DNA of 64,000 nt from Methanobacteriota archaeon (GTDB taxonomy: Archaea; Halobacteriota; Bog-38; Methanoflorentales; Methanoflorentaceae). The notes under the pieces were generated by a model. The model worked only from the letters and a program-made list of their open reading frames with translations, was not told the origin of the DNA and made no database searches. Within the stretch, counting starts at the first letter, position 1, and every line of letters starts with the position of its first letter. Position numbers and translations under genes: made by a program. Where the stretch lies: NCBI GenBank assembly GCA_963719035.1, contig CAVRAO010000002.1, positions 576,001 to 640,000 of the forward strand. Reading direction: 5' to 3'. Below are positions 63,434 through 64,000 of the stretch, one piece after another.

Positions 63434-64000
63434 GTGGAACAAGTTCACCCCACTCGAATGGAGCTGATCAAAAAAAATGCCCAGATAAAACTGGCTGAGC
63501 AAGGACGGGATCTCCTACGCGAAAAAATGGACGCCCTTATTCAAGAATTTTTTCAGATTATGGTATCAGTCTCCAAATCGCGAGAAGAACTGGACATCGC
63601 AGCCGTCGCTGCTCAACGCTCTTTGTGCGTCGCTGAAGCAGTTGACGATCTTGTAGCCCTAAAATCCGCTTCTTTTGCCACGAAACGAGCCCTAACGCTT
63701 GACATTCGGGGAAAAAATATAATGGGGGTTCCCGTTCCACTCGTTGAGCGAAAAACCGTCTCAAAAAGTGTCCTCGAACGGGGGTACAGTATGATAGGAA
63801 CGAGCGGGCGAATCGACGAAGCGGCCGAGAGGTACGAGACGGAATTGGATCTGATCATCGGACTAGCAGAAACTGAAACATCGTTGCGACGGCTCGGCGA
63901 CGAAATTCAGATGAACAGAAGGCGAGTTAATGCCCTCGAACAAGTGCTCATACCTGAGTTAAAACGCCAAGCCAAATATATCAAGATAGCCATCGAAGAG
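63434..64000 (+). CDS. atpD: A/V-type ATP synthase subunit D (runs off window)
   Basis: Manual translation: VEQVHPTRMELIKK...GRDLLREKMDAL...NIMGVPVP...RRRVNALEQVLIP. Confidence 0.93.
   Translation, partial: MEQVHPTRMELIKKNAQIKLAEQGRDLLREKMDALIQEFFQIMVSVSKSREELDIAAVAAQRSLCVAEAVDDLVALKSASFATKRALTLDIRGKNIMGVPVPLVERKTVSKSVLERGYSMIGTSGRIDEAAERYETELDLIIGLAETETSLRRLGDEIQMNRRRVNALEQVLIPELKRQAKYIKIAIEE

Overview
This is archaeal chromosomal DNA, most likely from a methanogen-like Halobacteriota lineage (inferred from GGGP/DGGGP synthases, rpl40e, tsr3, the A/V-type ATP synthase, a PGF-CTERM protein, an MTH865-family protein and FmdE). Housekeeping blocks at ~1-8.8 kb (hypF, DGGGPS, nadX/nadC, cysteine desulfurase, NUDIX, prs) and ~48.6-64 kb (gatB, topA, GGGPS, rpl40e, tsr3, ATP synthase H-I-K-E-C-F-A-B-D) flank a ~40 kb accessory region. 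The main highlight is a stand-alone nitrogenase-like D-K-H operon with a small Cys-rich fourth gene. Its catalytic-site residues differ from those of N2-fixing nitrogenase, and no nifB/E/N is visible in the window. Other highlights are (1) three dispersed members of an unannotated ~50-aa Cys-containing microprotein family sharing an upstream GTGTGACA...GTCACGC palindrome, (2) four tandem zinc-ribbon/RDD membrane paralogs, three with a shared operator-like inverted repeat, (3) decayed oxidative-stress genes, and (4) +1 frameshifts in conserved genes, three of them right at GTAC, suggesting a methylation-linked sequencing artefact. I recognised no rRNA, tRNA, CRISPR array, integrase or transposase. 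All family calls come from recognising motifs by eye, not from database searches.
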